NCBI GenBank assembly: GCA_964016885.1
Contig: OZ024740.1
Location: 175,832,001-175,896,000, forward strand
Reading direction: 5' to 3'
DNA length: 64,000 nt
From: Eledone cirrhosa
Taxonomy: Eukaryota
Both the position numbers and the translations under genes were made by a program. Shown here piece by piece: positions 1 to 13,614 of the stretch. Numbering within the stretch: the stretch's first letter is position 1; each line of letters begins with the position of its first letter. A model generated the notes under the pieces. The model saw only the letters and a program-made list of their open reading frames with translations, had not been told where the DNA came from and did not search any database.

Positions 1-766
1 ATATATATATTGTATTCCCTTCCCACGCCAGTCGCCGCCTTCTTTCCTCCAAATCTCCCATGCATATTAAGAATGAACACTTTTGAAATTGAAATTTATT
101 CACCTTCTTTCATCTAAATCTTCCATGTACGCTAAAATTTAACTTTCAAAATAGGATTTAATTGAACAGTCTATTATAGAGCGATACATCTTATAAACTG
201 CCTAATATATATGTCAATTTCCAATCGTTTTACGTGATAGACTAAGTAAAAATTAAATTAAATTAATATAAAAACTGAAATTAGAAATCAATAATATACT
301 AATCTATACACCGTAGTTGTATAAAAGAAAATATAAAAATATATAAACTTTCTTGCCACATTATTTAAACGAGTTGAATTCATATATTTTCATTGATGTC
401 AAAGAAAAAAAAAAAGATAATAGGTTTTGTGGAACAAACCTGGTGGTGAGAAATGAGTGATAGGCAGAAGTAAGTATAATTAGGTAACAAAAAGAGTGAA
501 AGAGCACAACTAGCAATGTGAGTGGGTGCATGTGTATTATCTGATCTTACTATATGAATTACATTTACTCACTTTGGTTCTATATTACTCAAGCCCCATC
601 CCACCCCATCCGCCGCCCACAAACGCTATCTCTCCAGGCGTCTCTATCTGAATATAAATTTATATGTAACTTAATTACAGCCTTGATAGAAGTGGATACT
701 TAATGAAAATTCTCCATTTCAATTTATCACCCTGTGTTTATCTATGTACATGAGTTTGTATGTATG

Positions 767-1030
767 TTCTTCTAGTTTTATAATTTTATAAATTTTTTAC
801 CAATAGAGAGAGAGAGAGTCGGGTTCTAACATAGATGCAAGACTGGAATTTACACAATGTCAACTAGGTAGAATATGTCTGCATGTCTGCATACATGCAT
901 GTGTGTGCAGGTATGGATGTTATTGTATATGTGGTTGTTGATGTTTTGAGTTATATGTGTACATCTACACATGCTTTGTATCTGTACATGTGTACATGCA
1001 GTCATTAGATGCAGAATTTTTGGAACGTTT
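767..1030 (-). mobile_element. Isolated 3' UTR fragment of the R4/Dong-like retrotransposon, flanked by (TATG)n
   Basis: Matches 44841-45075 and 45132-45385 (ttctaacatagat...ggaatttacacaa...caactaggtaga); tgtatgtatg on both sides. Confidence 0.75.
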
Positions 1031-1502
1031 GTATGTATGTCTGTATGTTGCGCACAGACTTTCCTCACTTTAAAAAAATTTTCACGCACAGGCATTGCAT
1101 TATTTGATAATTATTAATAATGTTATATCGTGCATTATTTGATAATTATTAATAATGTTATATCGTGCAGTGGCCATACTCGATAACGAGGAGCAGCCAT
1201 CATGAATGTATGTATGTATGTATGTATGTATGTATGTATGTATGTATGTATGTATGTATGTATGTATGTATGTATGTATGTTATGTGTCTGTAAAAAGTG
1301 AACTTAAGCATTCGCCTCATATTTCAACTCATGTATTTATCCTCTTCTACCCTTTCATTCAGAATATCACCTTCTTCCTCAACAAATACGTATATGCGAT
1401 ACGTAAGCCATGCCCGTATGAAACAAAATGTTTTCAACGGTTTTGGTCACCAAATATCCAGACACCCACGAATAACCACGGATGACATGATCCAAGACCA
1501 CC

Positions 1503-1762
1503 AGGTAAGAGTGTTGGACTTACGATCATAATGTCGTGGGTTTGATTCGAAGGGCTGCGTGTTGTGTTCTTGAGCAAAAAACACTTCATTTCACGTTGCT
1601 CCAGTATACTCAGCTGAAAATGAGTACCAGCAATAGCTGCAAATTTAACCCTGCGATGGACTGGCGTGCTGTCCAGGGGGAGTCTTGTACTCTCTGTCGC
1701 TTCACGCCATGAAACCGGGATAAGCACCGGCCAAATGAGTCTTCTGGCTTAAGACAGACTTT
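1503..1762 (+). mobile_element. tRNA-derived SINE, second family (V/Meta-core-like)
   Basis: tRNA-like head (ggtaagagtgttggact...gtgggtttgattc), body cttgagcaaaaaacactt, core aaccctgcgatggactggcgtgctgtccagggg, short (cagactt) tail; partial minus-strand relative near 17500-17600. Confidence 0.6.
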
Positions 1763-2070
1763 CAGACTTTCAGATATATATAGGGAGATTGTGTATGTTC
1801 TGTGTATTTTCCTCCCACATTCTTTAAAAGAGAATTTCTAACCCAATGAACATATTGGTCGAGAGTGGATTAACAGAGACCAGATGCTGGAGAACTGCAT
1901 GGATATCATTCAGACTAATCGATATTTCTAAATAATTTCGTTTCGGTTTAATTAACAGTTAATGATTATCGGCCAGGAGCTAGTGAAACAAGAAATGGAA
2001 GGTGGCGTAGCAGACGAGAGGTGGAGGTGAAGGTGGAAGAGGTGAATGAGGTAGTATGTAGAAGTTATTG

Positions 2071-2227
2071 GGGGTAGAGTAGATAATTGTAGAGTAGAAG
2101 ATGAGGAATTAGATGATGACGATGATGATGATGATGATGATGAGGTGGAGGAGGAGGCGGCGGCGGAGGCGGAGAAAGGCAGGAGGAAGTTCACAACGGC
2201 GGTAATGACGATAATGATGATGGTTTC

Positions 2228-2260
<33 letters not shown>

Positions 2261-2512
2261 TAGGAGGAGGAGGAGGAGAATGTGGATAATGACGGTGATG
2301 ATGATAATGTTGAAAATGATGATGATGATAATTATGAAGAAGAAGAAGAAGAAGAAGAAGAAGAAGAAGAAGATTGTGATGATAATGATTATGCTGATAA
2401 CAATGAGGATTGTATGATGATTCCGAAGCCAACTACAATAACTTTTGATCACAGTCACCATCATACACCTGATAGTGATGATGATACTGCTTATGAACGC
2501 TGCTGATGAGAA
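2071..2512. repeat. Compound trinucleotide microsatellite (GAT/GAG/GAA)n
   Basis: Directly visible; similar tracts at 14130-14400, 19375-19520, 33915-34320, 41455-41720, 42885-43000 and 47560-47750. Confidence 0.95.
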
Positions 2513-3146
2513 TCACCAATACCGTTGCTATAAAACTTCACATCCGTGTGTGTGTGTGGGTGGGTGGGTGAAGCATGTGTACATCTTTTCTTGGATCTCC
2601 GTCGGTTTTGAGGATGTGTGTTTCAGTTGTTCGATCAACAAGCTTACTGACCCGTGAAGTTAGCCTGTAAGTGACTGAATATTCCACAGATACGTGTATA
2701 CCCTTAATGTAATTCTTAAGGCGATTCACTGCGACACAGTTTGTATTACATGTACATTTAATCAGATGATCTTCCAAACAGATTCCCTTTATCTAATTTC
2801 ACTCACAAAGCTTGGTTAATGGTTAATGTAAATCACACTTTTTTAAGATACCACATAGTGGGATCGAACGCGAAGATCTTATGATTGTGAAACGAAGATA
2901 ACTGGTTATGCGTTAAATAAAATCGTTTGATTATATACAGTTTTGTGCCAGCCCTTTTCCCATCAGCTACTAGTTGAATTCTAGGTGCTGGAACCTTTAC
3001 TACCAACTGTAATTTAACAACTGCCATTATAAATTCTTAACAGATCTTGTGGAAATTCTAGGGCTCATATATGATTTTATTTCTATTTTGTTGCATAATT
3101 TGTAGACTATCATAATATTGTTTCATTATGTTAAAGATTTTGATTA

Positions 3147-4208
3147 TCTAGGTAAATAAAACAGAGGATGTCTGTCTGTCTCTGTGTGTGTGTCTGTCTG
3201 TGTAAATCCCTAAAACTCGAGAAGTACCCGACCGATTTTTATCAAACTTTACACATGCGTTAGTTATATTTCTGGAAGGGCAATGGGCTAAAACATTTAA
3301 AACTCTTTCTGCCCTAGGGCCTGCATTAGGCGAAAAACCGCATTTTAAAGGCATTTTTAGTATTTTTTTAGGCGTAACTTAAAGATAATCCAGCCGTTTT
3401 CTTCGAAATTTGCAGCACACATTAGTTACTCCCTTCGCATTTCTGTGGACAAAACACATTTCCGATTCCATTAATGGTTTCTATGAAATTTACGAATTAG
3501 AATTGGGCATTACATGCCATTTTCTTTTTCAATATAAACGCTACTTAAACACCGTAAGTAGCGTATCATATTTCGTTAAAAATTTGGTTTATTTAACAGG
3601 ACACAGCATTTACTTACTTTTAAGCAGGACCATTTTCAGGGGATTAAGAAAATGAGGAGGACCTTAAAATCTTTGTCGGCGCCCTGTTGATGGTGACCCC
3701 AATATTAACTCCGAAGCGTTTGGCATCCGATATAACAGTTCGGTCTTATCATATTGGGTAGATTAACGAAGAGGCTATGGTCTCCTGTGGGGAAGGCCCA
3801 ACATGATGTGCGGTTGCATGACATGTCTTACTCAAGCATTGCAGGCTTTACTCTGTACAGTATGTATGCAGGTGCAATAGACATAACTTATGATGTCTGT
3901 CCGGATGACTGGGTGCGAATCTATAAAACTCGAAAAGTACCTAACCGATTTTCTCCAAATTGAAGAAAAGTCATACTCTAAGATTTAGTACGCTTAAAGA
4001 GTATCCAGCTGATTTTCTTCAGATTTTGCACATGCATGCAGATGTTTCACGATTCGGGCCTGCTGGTGTTCTACATTTGCAGTAGATGAACAATCATTCC
4101 CTGAGAATAAGGGAATTCAAAAAGTACACAGCTACATTCCTCAATCTTTCATATGCGTGTTGCTATTTCACGTTTCCTATCCCGTGCAACGCCGGGTTCT
4201 GCTACTAG
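3147..4208 (+). mobile_element. Non-autonomous Helitron
   Basis: Starts TC after A (a|tctaggtaaataaaa) and ends with GC hairpin cccgtgcaacgccggg followed by CTAG before T; no TSD; internal repeat aaaactcga.aagtacc..accgatttt at about 3212 and 3925. Confidence 0.8.
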
Positions 4209-4248
4209 TGTCTTGGATAAATTTGTTTAAATTATAATACTTGATCTT

Positions 4249-4434
4249 GGTTTGGCAGTATCGGTAGAGGGTCGGACAACAGGCTTTGCAGCACAGAGTT
4301 ACGCCCCTTTCTGATCTGAGTTCAAATCCTGCCGAGGTTAACTTTGCCTTTTATCCTTACAGGTTCGATAAAATAAAGTACCAGTAATGCACTGGGATAA
4401 TTGCTGGCCTTGTGCCAAAAGTAGAAACAATTAT
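4249..4434 (+). mobile_element. tRNA-derived SINE, dominant family of the window
   Basis: A-box-like tggcagtatcgg, B-box gagttcaaatcc, body ccgaggttaactttgcctttt...cgataaaataaagtaccag, 3' end ggccttgtgccaaaagtagaaacaatta. Confidence 0.85.
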
Positions 4435-4639
4435 GTTAACTATTCCGGTTATATCTTCGAATTGTTAAAGGCGTAGCAGTGTGACATACGAATACCGTGT
4501 CAATCAAGCAGAATAATATAGATTTTCTATTCTTTATAGTTAAAATATTCTTAACACGAGACATCTACTGTCTTTGTGTACATTTGAACCTGATGATACA
4601 TATGGACAGAAACTAGAGACAGATTTGCATTCATTAATG

Positions 4640-5200
4640 ATAATAGCTGAAATTCAGAAATCCTTGGTAGAACCATACATACAATGATTGCCAGCATGGA
4701 AAGATAGAATCATTACCATGAAAAACAGTACCAAACTCTTGCATGTACTGATGACTTCCATTTTTCTGTACGCATGAGACTCCCAATACAGTGATACAGA
4801 GAACGCTACAGGAATTGGGGAGGAGATACTACATAATAATGTTTGGCTTTTCGTACTTGGTCACCATAACAATCAAACATACACGCAAAACCATCTAGCA
4901 TCACATTGACTGCAGTGGAGTCCTCACAACTGTGAAAAAATAAAGAAGCTGAGATGATATGGCCATGCAACTAGACCCAATGGCCTTTTAAAGGCTATTC
5001 TTCAAGGAACTATGAAAGAGGGAATGAAAGAGTGACAGTCAGGAAAATATGGACGAACAATATCAAAGAATAGACAAACAAAAGTTTGGCAAAGACTCCG
5101 AACCTCGGCACGCAATCGCCACGCATGGAAGGGCTGGAGCACAGCAAGTCACGATGGTACCTCTACAAGCGCATCATGAGTTAAGAGCTCAAGCAAGCAA
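4640..5200 (+). pseudogene. Degraded RTE-clade LINE, 3' part of ORF
   Basis: Broken frames give LHVLMTSIFLYA, LTTVKK..KLR*YGHATRPNGLLKAILQGTMKEG and RKIWTNNIKE, typical of the RTE C-terminal region. Confidence 0.6.
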
Positions 5201-5817
5201 TTACTGAAACTATCTCATATTTCAGTTTAATCACAGTTCTTTAAATATTTACAGCTTTACATCATGTGTTGACAGATTTTTCCAAACTTTTATTTCTTTT
5301 TTTTTAATACTACCATGTTATTTCGTTTCAATAATTCTCCCGTTCACATGCTTGTAATACGACATTGTTGTTGTTGTTGTCTCGTCGATATCGTTATGGA
5401 TTAAGCTCCAGGACAAGCCTAATCGAGTAGACATATAAAAAACAAAAACATTCCAAGCAAGAGCATCTCATATTTTCTTCATCTCTATTTTTCGTTTTTC
5501 TTTCTTTCATTATTTTTTATATTTTCAGTCATCTGAAAGCTATACTAACTCGTGGATGCGTTGCTTTGCTTTGTTATAAATGCAAGATGCTATATGGAGA
5601 AGATTTGGTTGAAATTGCTCGCATGTCAAATTATAATACGTTAAATTTCTTTCTTGGGTGTTTAAGGTTAATTTTCTGTGGTTAAAAAATATTCTTTTAA
5701 AGAATAAATTAATGTACACAGTGGAGTCATAAGGATAGATGAGCATGAAGGTTTGGGGGCTGATCCATGTTTTTCGAGAAAAATTATCTCTAGATTAAGT
5801 TTTCTTTTTGTATTATT

Positions 5818-6512
5818 TTCTGAGTTCAAATCCCGCCGAGGTTAACTTTGCCTTTCATACTTACGGGGTCGATAAAATAAAATACCAGTAATGTACTGGG
5901 TAAATTTCTGGCCTTGTGCCAAAAGTAGAAACAATTATTTTTCTAATTTGTTTTGCTTATCAAACTGCGGTCATTTTTTCAAATCTTATAATTATTTTAT
6001 CGATTTCTTTTCGTCGAATCATTAATTTATGGGATATAAACAGTAAACACAGACAGGAACATACATACATGTTTTGCAGTATTGGTAGAGCGTCGGACAA
6101 CATGATTCGTGACATAGAGTTATTCCCCTTTACATTGTAAGTTCCAATCCCGCCGAGGTTAGCTTTGCCTTTCCTCCTTACGGGGTCGATAAAATAAAGC
6201 ACCAGTAATGCACTGGGGTCGATTTAATCGAATTTCCCCTGCCCTTTAAATTACTAGCCTTGTGCCAAATGTATAAACAATTATTATTATGATTGGATTG
6301 GCAGTATCGAGAGAGTGTCGGACATCATGCTTTGTGGCATATAGTTACGTCCATTTACATTCTGAGTTCAAATCCCGTGGTTAGCTTTGCCATTCATCCT
6401 TACGGGGTCGATAAAATAAAAGTACTAGTCATACACTGAAGTCAATTTAGTCGACGCCCGCCCCACCCCTCAAAATTGCTGGCCTTGTGCCTAAATCAGA
6501 AACAATTATTAT
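5818..6512 (+). mobile_element. Cluster of three copies of the dominant SINE
   Basis: Copies at about 5818-5938 (5'-truncated), 6076-6290 and 6294-6512, each ending gccttgtgcc...aaacaattatt. Confidence 0.85.
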
Positions 6513-6804
6513 TCATAAATACGAAAATTCTTCGCGCAATCGTCAGCAAATGTGAATAACATTCTGTCTTACTTTACAATGATAAAAAAATGCTTTTGTG
6601 TGTAATACAGCAATTTCACGGATCATCAGAAACAAGGGGTCGTATAATTTCTTTAAGAAGAGAATTATTTATAATCAAACGCTATTTATATCAAACACAG
6701 AGCACCACCTAACTGAATTCGCCAAGTTAATTTGCATAATCTGCAATCATAGTTGACGCGATTGGATATCTACACCATTACTCACATTAGTTCCAACAAC
6801 ATAA

Positions 6805-7460
6805 GATTCCACTGTGCATTGTAAACCTGGTTTACCAATGCACAGTGGAATCAGACAACCAGAAATGGTATTACATCGGAGCGACTGGGAATACATTTAA
6901 AGCCCGTTGGTATACACACCGTTACGCAATGAAACACTCCCAGCATCGTTATGTAACTACCCTTGCAAACAAGACCTGGCAACTGAGGGAAAGTAACCAT
7001 CAATACACCCCGAAGTGGAAAAAATTATCGAACGCGCCCCCATATTGGAGTGGTATGAGAAGCTGTCGATTATGTGACCTTGAGCTGTTCCACATCTTGA
7101 GTTTGAAGAATAAGTTACTCAACAATAAAATCGAAAGATCAATTTATTGTAACTCTAGGAAAAGTTTTCGCACTACAAATGCAAATCGAACCCTTAACCT
7201 CTTACTACCAACTGACAAACTGCGTATACTTAGACTTTATACCCTCTTATTGTATCTAAACCCTTTCAATTACCCACAAAAACCAATACCTATATCCCTC
7301 CCTTCTCCTTAATTCCTCTTCTATTTCTTCGTTTTCTTCCTTCCTTCCCTCCCCTTTTTGGCTATCTTTTCTTTTCTTCTTCCCCCCCCTTCTTTGCTTT
7401 TATTCTTGTCATTATTATCTTTATCTTTATTTTATATATATATATTTATCTCTTTATATT

Positions 7461-7533
<73 letters not shown>

Positions 7534-8105
7534 CCATCTCTCCCACTATGATTATTAACTCACTTTAACTCACTACATTCCACGACATGAAGTCTACATA
7601 CCAAAACTGATCAAGGAATCCTTCCACCTCTACCCCTCCCTCCATCTCAGTTTGTCACTCTACTTCCTAACTCTTCTCCCCCTTCCTCTCTCTCTATACT
7701 ATTCCGTTTGTCCCCTCACCTTCTAATTCCTCTTCCTCTCTCTCTATACTACTAAATACAATTCCAAAAAATTTGTCTTCTCTATATATTAAGAACTAGT
7801 TCAAGAGTAACTTACTCACTATTTTGAAAATTTGGACGTGAACAACAATTATAATTGAGTGGCTGCTATTTGAAGTATAGCAATATAAGGTTGCACTTAC
7901 CAATGAAACGGTCGTAAATACCTGGATAAAATCATCCTCTTAATGCTTACCTGTGCTTTCTCTTTTATACTTTATACTCCAAGATTGAACGGAATTCTTA
8001 CAAACTTGTGTACTAACCGTACGTCGAAACCATCCGTGAAACTGGCTTTCTTAACCACGAACTGGATCACAATAAGAAATGTTCTGCTTCCCTAACTAAC
8101 TAACT
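6805..8105 (+). mobile_element. 5'-truncated Penelope-like element: GIY-YIG endonuclease remnant, CT-rich 3' region and pLTR
   Basis: VYQCTV...WYYIGATGNTFKARWYTH...KWKKL...CRLCDLE...LLN is a PLE GIY-YIG domain, homologous to 12000-12375; fold-back hairpin at the 5' junction; ends at (TA)n. Confidence 0.8.
7820..7920 (+). ncRNA. Possible degenerate type I hammerhead ribozyme in the pLTR
   Basis: tatt-TTGAAAA-(t)ttgg...ccaa(t)-GAAA-cg-gt-cg-TA-aata; U3-A8 core variant, long stem II insert, mismatched first pair of stem II. Confidence 0.35.
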
Positions 8106-8186
8106 ATATATATATATTTGCTCTACGGTTCTTATATATTTGATATATATTTATCCTTATCGAGCTCTCTTCAAATTTATTATTAT

Positions 8187-8581
<395 letters not shown>

Positions 8582-8879
8582 GTGTGTGTGTATGTGTGTG
8601 TTTTTGTACACACACACACACACGCACATATATATATATATATGCATGTAATAAATCTACACACTCAGCCATCCACATGAATTCAGTGTAATCCTCGATT
8701 ATAAAACGAGAAGCGACGTCTCAGTAATGGAATCAATATTTTGTATATATAGAACATAGAGTGTGTATTCATTTATTATTAAAGGTTAGTCTGACCTTTG
8801 ACAAGATAAAGCCATGTGTTGAAAAAGTTGCCTGGTTGTAAGGTTTCACATCTTTTAAAATGTGTATACATACATACAC

Positions 8880-8912
<33 letters not shown>

Positions 8913-9121
8913 TACATACATACATACATACATACATACATACATACATACATACATACACACATACACACATATATACATACATACATGCTTACATGTA
9001 TACATACATACATGCATACATATATACATACATACATACGTACATACATACGTACATACATACATACATACACACAGATACACATACATAAACACATACA
9101 TACATACGCACATACATACAT

Positions 9122-9723
9122 GGTGGTGGCTGCCAACTCGTTTTCGAGTACGGCCACTACTTTATATCCATGTAGGAGAACCCTATCGATGCGCTGAACG
9201 AGTGTGACTCTTTAGTCCAGCCAGCGACTTGAAAACTCTGGTACAAACTACTACATTTGTGACAATTATTGACACATAGTGCTGGGCCCATGGTACCATG
9301 TGACGACAAGTGCAGAGAGATCCCCAGATATAAAGCAATGCCTGTGCCTTTTATAGCGAGCAAAGGTACTGCACAAAGCCAGTCCCACTCTCTTAACCAA
9401 GATGATATTTACCAAAAAGAAGAACAAGTCAACATCATTGTATACCATCAGGGTCGCAGGTGTTATGTCAGAGTTTTCCTTCTCCTAGAATTCTGCCTTG
9501 ACAAAGGCTAAGGGGTCATCTCTCCCGGTGATTTTGGATGGCCATTGACTCTTAAGAGCTCCTTTGCCCTTTGACAGGTTTTGTTTTTAGTCCTGCAGGA
9601 TGTCCAAAGTCACCCTCTACACCAAGAAACCTTGGTGGGGTTGCCAGTTTAGTCGCCAACGACCCGACCATGAGACAGGTTGTACTGGGATACATGTTAC
9701 CAGTAGCACCAACTGGTGACCTG
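9122..9723 (-). mobile_element. 600-bp non-autonomous RTE-derived retroposon, copy 1
   Basis: Reverse complement of 46853-47458; embedded in (CATA)n on both sides. Confidence 0.8.
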
Positions 9724-10197
9724 ACATACATACATACATACATACATACATACATACATACATACATACATACATACATACATACATACATACATACATA
9801 CATACATACACACACACATACATATTTTTTAAGAATAAACAAGACAAACATGCAAAAACACAATCTTATTAGGCTCCCGCTTAGGAATGAATATAGACAA
9901 AAAAAAAGGGAAATAAATAAATCTCTCAACGTATCGGACATGAGTCATTCATCAGAATAGAGTAAAGTTCGGAGAGAGGAAGTTGGAAAATCAGAGATTG
10001 GAAGGCTGGAGAGAGAAAAAAATGTCTTTTAAGATGGGTGAGGAGAGCAGACAAGTAGTCCGGCCTGTGTGGATGAGGGCCAGGGTGGAGAGTCCAAGTG
10101 TCCAAAGTATATCATTCGTACTGTTCCGTGTGTGAAGATTTCGTGAGTGTTCTTTATTTCTTCTTTGCGTATGTGTGCGTGTTTCGTGTATCGTGGT

Positions 10198-10249
<52 letters not shown>

Positions 10250-10534
10250 CCTGTGTGTATCTGTGAATTTTTAAAGTATTGTGAACGAGTGTACACGTGT
10301 GAGTGTACACGTATGTGTGTTTATGCATCCGTATATGTATGTGGGTGTGTTCATGTGTGTGTATATACACGAGTGTGCAAGTGTGTACACGTTTGTTTGT
10401 TAGTGTGCTTGTATGCGTATATATGAGTATGTGTACCAAATGAAAAGAGAGAGTCCAGAGCTGTGATCGAAGTATAAGATCGAATGGTTGTCGTCTGTGC
10501 TATTTCAGGACCTGACAAAACAAGAGGAATGGGC

Positions 10535-10598
<64 letters not shown>

Positions 10599-10712
10599 TG
10601 TACTCTGGGAGGGTCCTACTACCAATACAACACCCGCACATGTTAGTTTTCAGTTGAAATTATTAAAATTTCGACTTGTTTGGTTTAATGACCGGATGGT
10701 TGTTTATTTATT

Positions 10713-10755
10713 GTCAAAGCTCTTTCGTCACACATTCTGTGACATCCTCAGTGAC
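10713..10755 (-). ncRNA. Minimal type I hammerhead ribozyme (PLE pLTR type)
   Basis: Minus strand reads gtca-CTGAGGA-t-gtcac-agaatgt-gtgac-GAAA-gagc-TT-tgac: stem I gtca/tgac, stem II gtcac/gtgac, minimal stem III. Confidence 0.65.
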
Positions 10756-10977
10756 TAATTTGTTATTTTTTCTCTCCTATTTTCTTTCCTACGCCATCCT
10801 GTTTTTGTGTCTGGAAATTTGTAATAAATTGAAGTGAAAACCAACAGGTACGTGTGTTTTATTGGCTGTATACCCTCCCAAACTATAACAATATCTGTTT
10901 CAACACATGTTTTCAGAGATAAAAAATCTTTCAAAAGAAATATAATGTAATATAATATAATATAATATAATATATAT

Positions 10978-12604
10978 ATATAAAGAAGGAATAATAACGG
11001 GTAGTCATCATAAAAAGGTAATTTATTCCGAGTGCTTACAAAGTCGTTAGAGCCCATGGTGATGTCGAAGTTTGTAGGTCTGTCCCTACGTTCCCACCGC
11101 TACTGGGAACGTAGGGAAAGACCCACAAACTTCGACATCACCATGGGCTCTAATGACTCAGCGGAGGTCACGGATCTTGTGGGAATTTACATAACCTACA
11201 TACTACATGGAAAATTTAATAATCTACAGGGGAATATATAGAGATGACACGCTTTTATTAGTTAATAACTTAAATAACCAAAATCTTGAAAGGCTACGGA
11301 AAAACATTAGAAAATCTTTTAGTGAACTGGGTCTAAAAATAACGTACGAATACAATCTGAAAGTGGTAAATTTTCTAGACGTAACTCTTAATTTGAATAC
11401 AGGACTGATACGACCCTTCCACAAGATAAATGAGAACCTTACCTATATTAATTTTAACTCGAATCACCCACTTTCCATGATCAAATCGGTTCCCCGTAGT
11501 ATTTCTCTTTGAATCTCTCGCCTATCGTTTAACTCTGACATATTCAGTGAACATGCTGAATACTATAACGCATTAAGGAATGCTGACCACCGGGGTAAAA
11601 TAGAATACATTGATAAGAATCACCCGAACACACATAGCTACACACGAAATCAAAGAATAGGTAACCGGAGTACAGAAATACAAGCGCACACACGCAATAT
11701 CACCAGACATACTAATAATAGAAAATCATCACCAAACTCAAATAAATTACGTTGTAGAAAGTATATCTGGTATAATCCCATTTTTATTGCTTTGATTAGT
11801 ACAAAACTATCTCTTTCATTCTTTAAGTTAATTAACAAGCATTTCCCTAGTTCCCATAAATACAGTAAGATTCTAAACTCTAAGACTATTAAGCTATCAT
11901 TCTCCACTGCACCAAACCTTGAAGCATACAAAAAAGAATTAACTTAAAGCAATTATTAAGCAACACTACAAAACAAAATATTTTAGTAACTGTAATTGCC
12001 ACCTAGCCGAGAGATGTCCATTGAAGAATAAATGCCTAGAGTCCAACATTGTTTATCAATGCACTGTCGAATTGAACGACCAGAAATTGAACGACCAGGA
12101 TTGAACGACCAGGATGTTTAATCGATTTTCGATTGAACATCCTAAACACCGTCTTGTGACTACGCTCGCCAATAAGACCTGGCAACACCTTGAAATGGGA
12201 TAAATTATCCAGCTCTAGTGCATATCAGAGTGGATTGAAGTACTGCAGATTACGCAACCTTGAACTCTTTTATATCTTAAAATCCCAAAACAAATTACTA
12301 AATGACAGAATCGAACGATCGTTATACTGCAACCACAAACTGAAGGCTAAATTATTTCACTATAAAATAACTTAACATTCGAACCCGAGACTACAACATC
12401 GCTTTCTCGCTAACTAATTTCTCTCAATAACTACTTCCTAACTATATCCCCCACCCCTACACTACAAGCCAATACCCTGCTTATCATTATAAATAGATAC
12501 TTGAGTGCGATTTGCAGACTACAACTATGAACTGGATGTATCCCCTTCTCGTAGCTTTCGTCTGTCTCCTCTCTATCTCTCTTTCTTTCTCTCTACCCCT
12601 TCCC

Positions 12605-12683
<79 letters not shown>

Positions 12684-12877
12684 GCCCTCGGTCTACCTCC
12701 CTCCGTCTCCACATCTATGAACCTGCTCTCTGTGGCAATAAATAATTCCAAACTTGACTATATCAACACAATGCCTAATGTTGTTACTTTGAGAGTAAAC
12801 AGTATAATAAAACCCCTACCACAACATTTTGATTAAGCTATCTGATTAACCACTCTCTCCCATTTCTCCAACCCCTA

Positions 12878-12933
<56 letters not shown>

Positions 12934-13330
12934 TCCCCTTCTTCCTCTCTTCCTTTTCTACTCTACTTTCCCCAATAACTTCCTTTAAGAAATACAAGGG
13001 TATTCACATTTTATCCATTCTGCTCTGAGGAAACGGTAGAAGCAGCATTTGAAAATTGAGTTTCTGCAAACAAATAATTACCAATTTGCACGTAGCATGA
13101 CTAGGCTGTATAGCTACTGTTGAAACATTTGTAAGCACTCGGAATAAATAACCTTTTTATGATGTCTACCTGTTATTATTCATTCTTTATCTACACTCCG
13201 GAATACAGAAGGATCAGGAACTGAGTTTCTTCAACTATTCTTCCATAATTCGTTGAGTAACTCTATCTAGTGTAGTAATTAACCATTACTGCATTCAGGA
13301 TAATCCTAAGCATTTCTTGCATAACCTAAT
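10978..13330 (+). mobile_element. 5'-truncated Penelope-like element with inverted partial pLTR
   Basis: RT motifs NFDITMGSNDSAEVTDLVG, GIYRDD, VVNFLDVTLNL and YINFNSNHP; linker IWYNP; CNC...CPL and GIY-YIG C-terminus (frameshifted); 10978-11042 is the reverse complement of 13128-13193. Confidence 0.85.
13017..13145 (+). ncRNA. Type I hammerhead ribozyme with long stem II insertion, in the PLE 3' pLTR
   Basis: tgct-CTGAGGA-aacggtag...ctactgtt-GAAA-catttg-TA^agca; 8-bp stem II; stem I extendable by attc/gaat; predicted cut after A13133. Confidence 0.75.
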
Positions 13331-13544
13331 ATATATATATATATAGAGAGAGATATAGATATAGATATAGATATATAGATATATATATATGCCCTATCAT
13401 TAACACGAACAAACTGAATCCATTCCATTGCCAAGTAATTACAGTAATATATACAAAGAAAATGTGTTTTATAGTCTGCTTTGGTATTGACTAAATCAAA
13501 TACGCATACATATATGTGTGAGAGAAAGAGCAAGTGAGAGACAG

Positions 13545-13614
<70 letters not shown>

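Noticed and set aside
1096-1168. 35-bp direct duplication as a possible TSD
   Set aside because: The copies are adjacent with nothing between them, so it is a simple tandem duplication.
1952-2506. Poly-acidic, poly-Ile or poly-Met ORFs here and at 13891-14517, 33918-34394 and 47463-47857
   Set aside because: Trinucleotide repeat tracts open in several frames; no supportable exon structure or domain.
4249-4335. tRNA gene suggested by A and B boxes
   Set aside because: No cloverleaf or acceptor stem; it is the head of a multi-copy SINE.
9920-9960. Hammerhead on the minus strand (CTGATGA...GATA)
   Set aside because: GAAA is mutated and the stems pair poorly; at most a decayed PLE pLTR relic.
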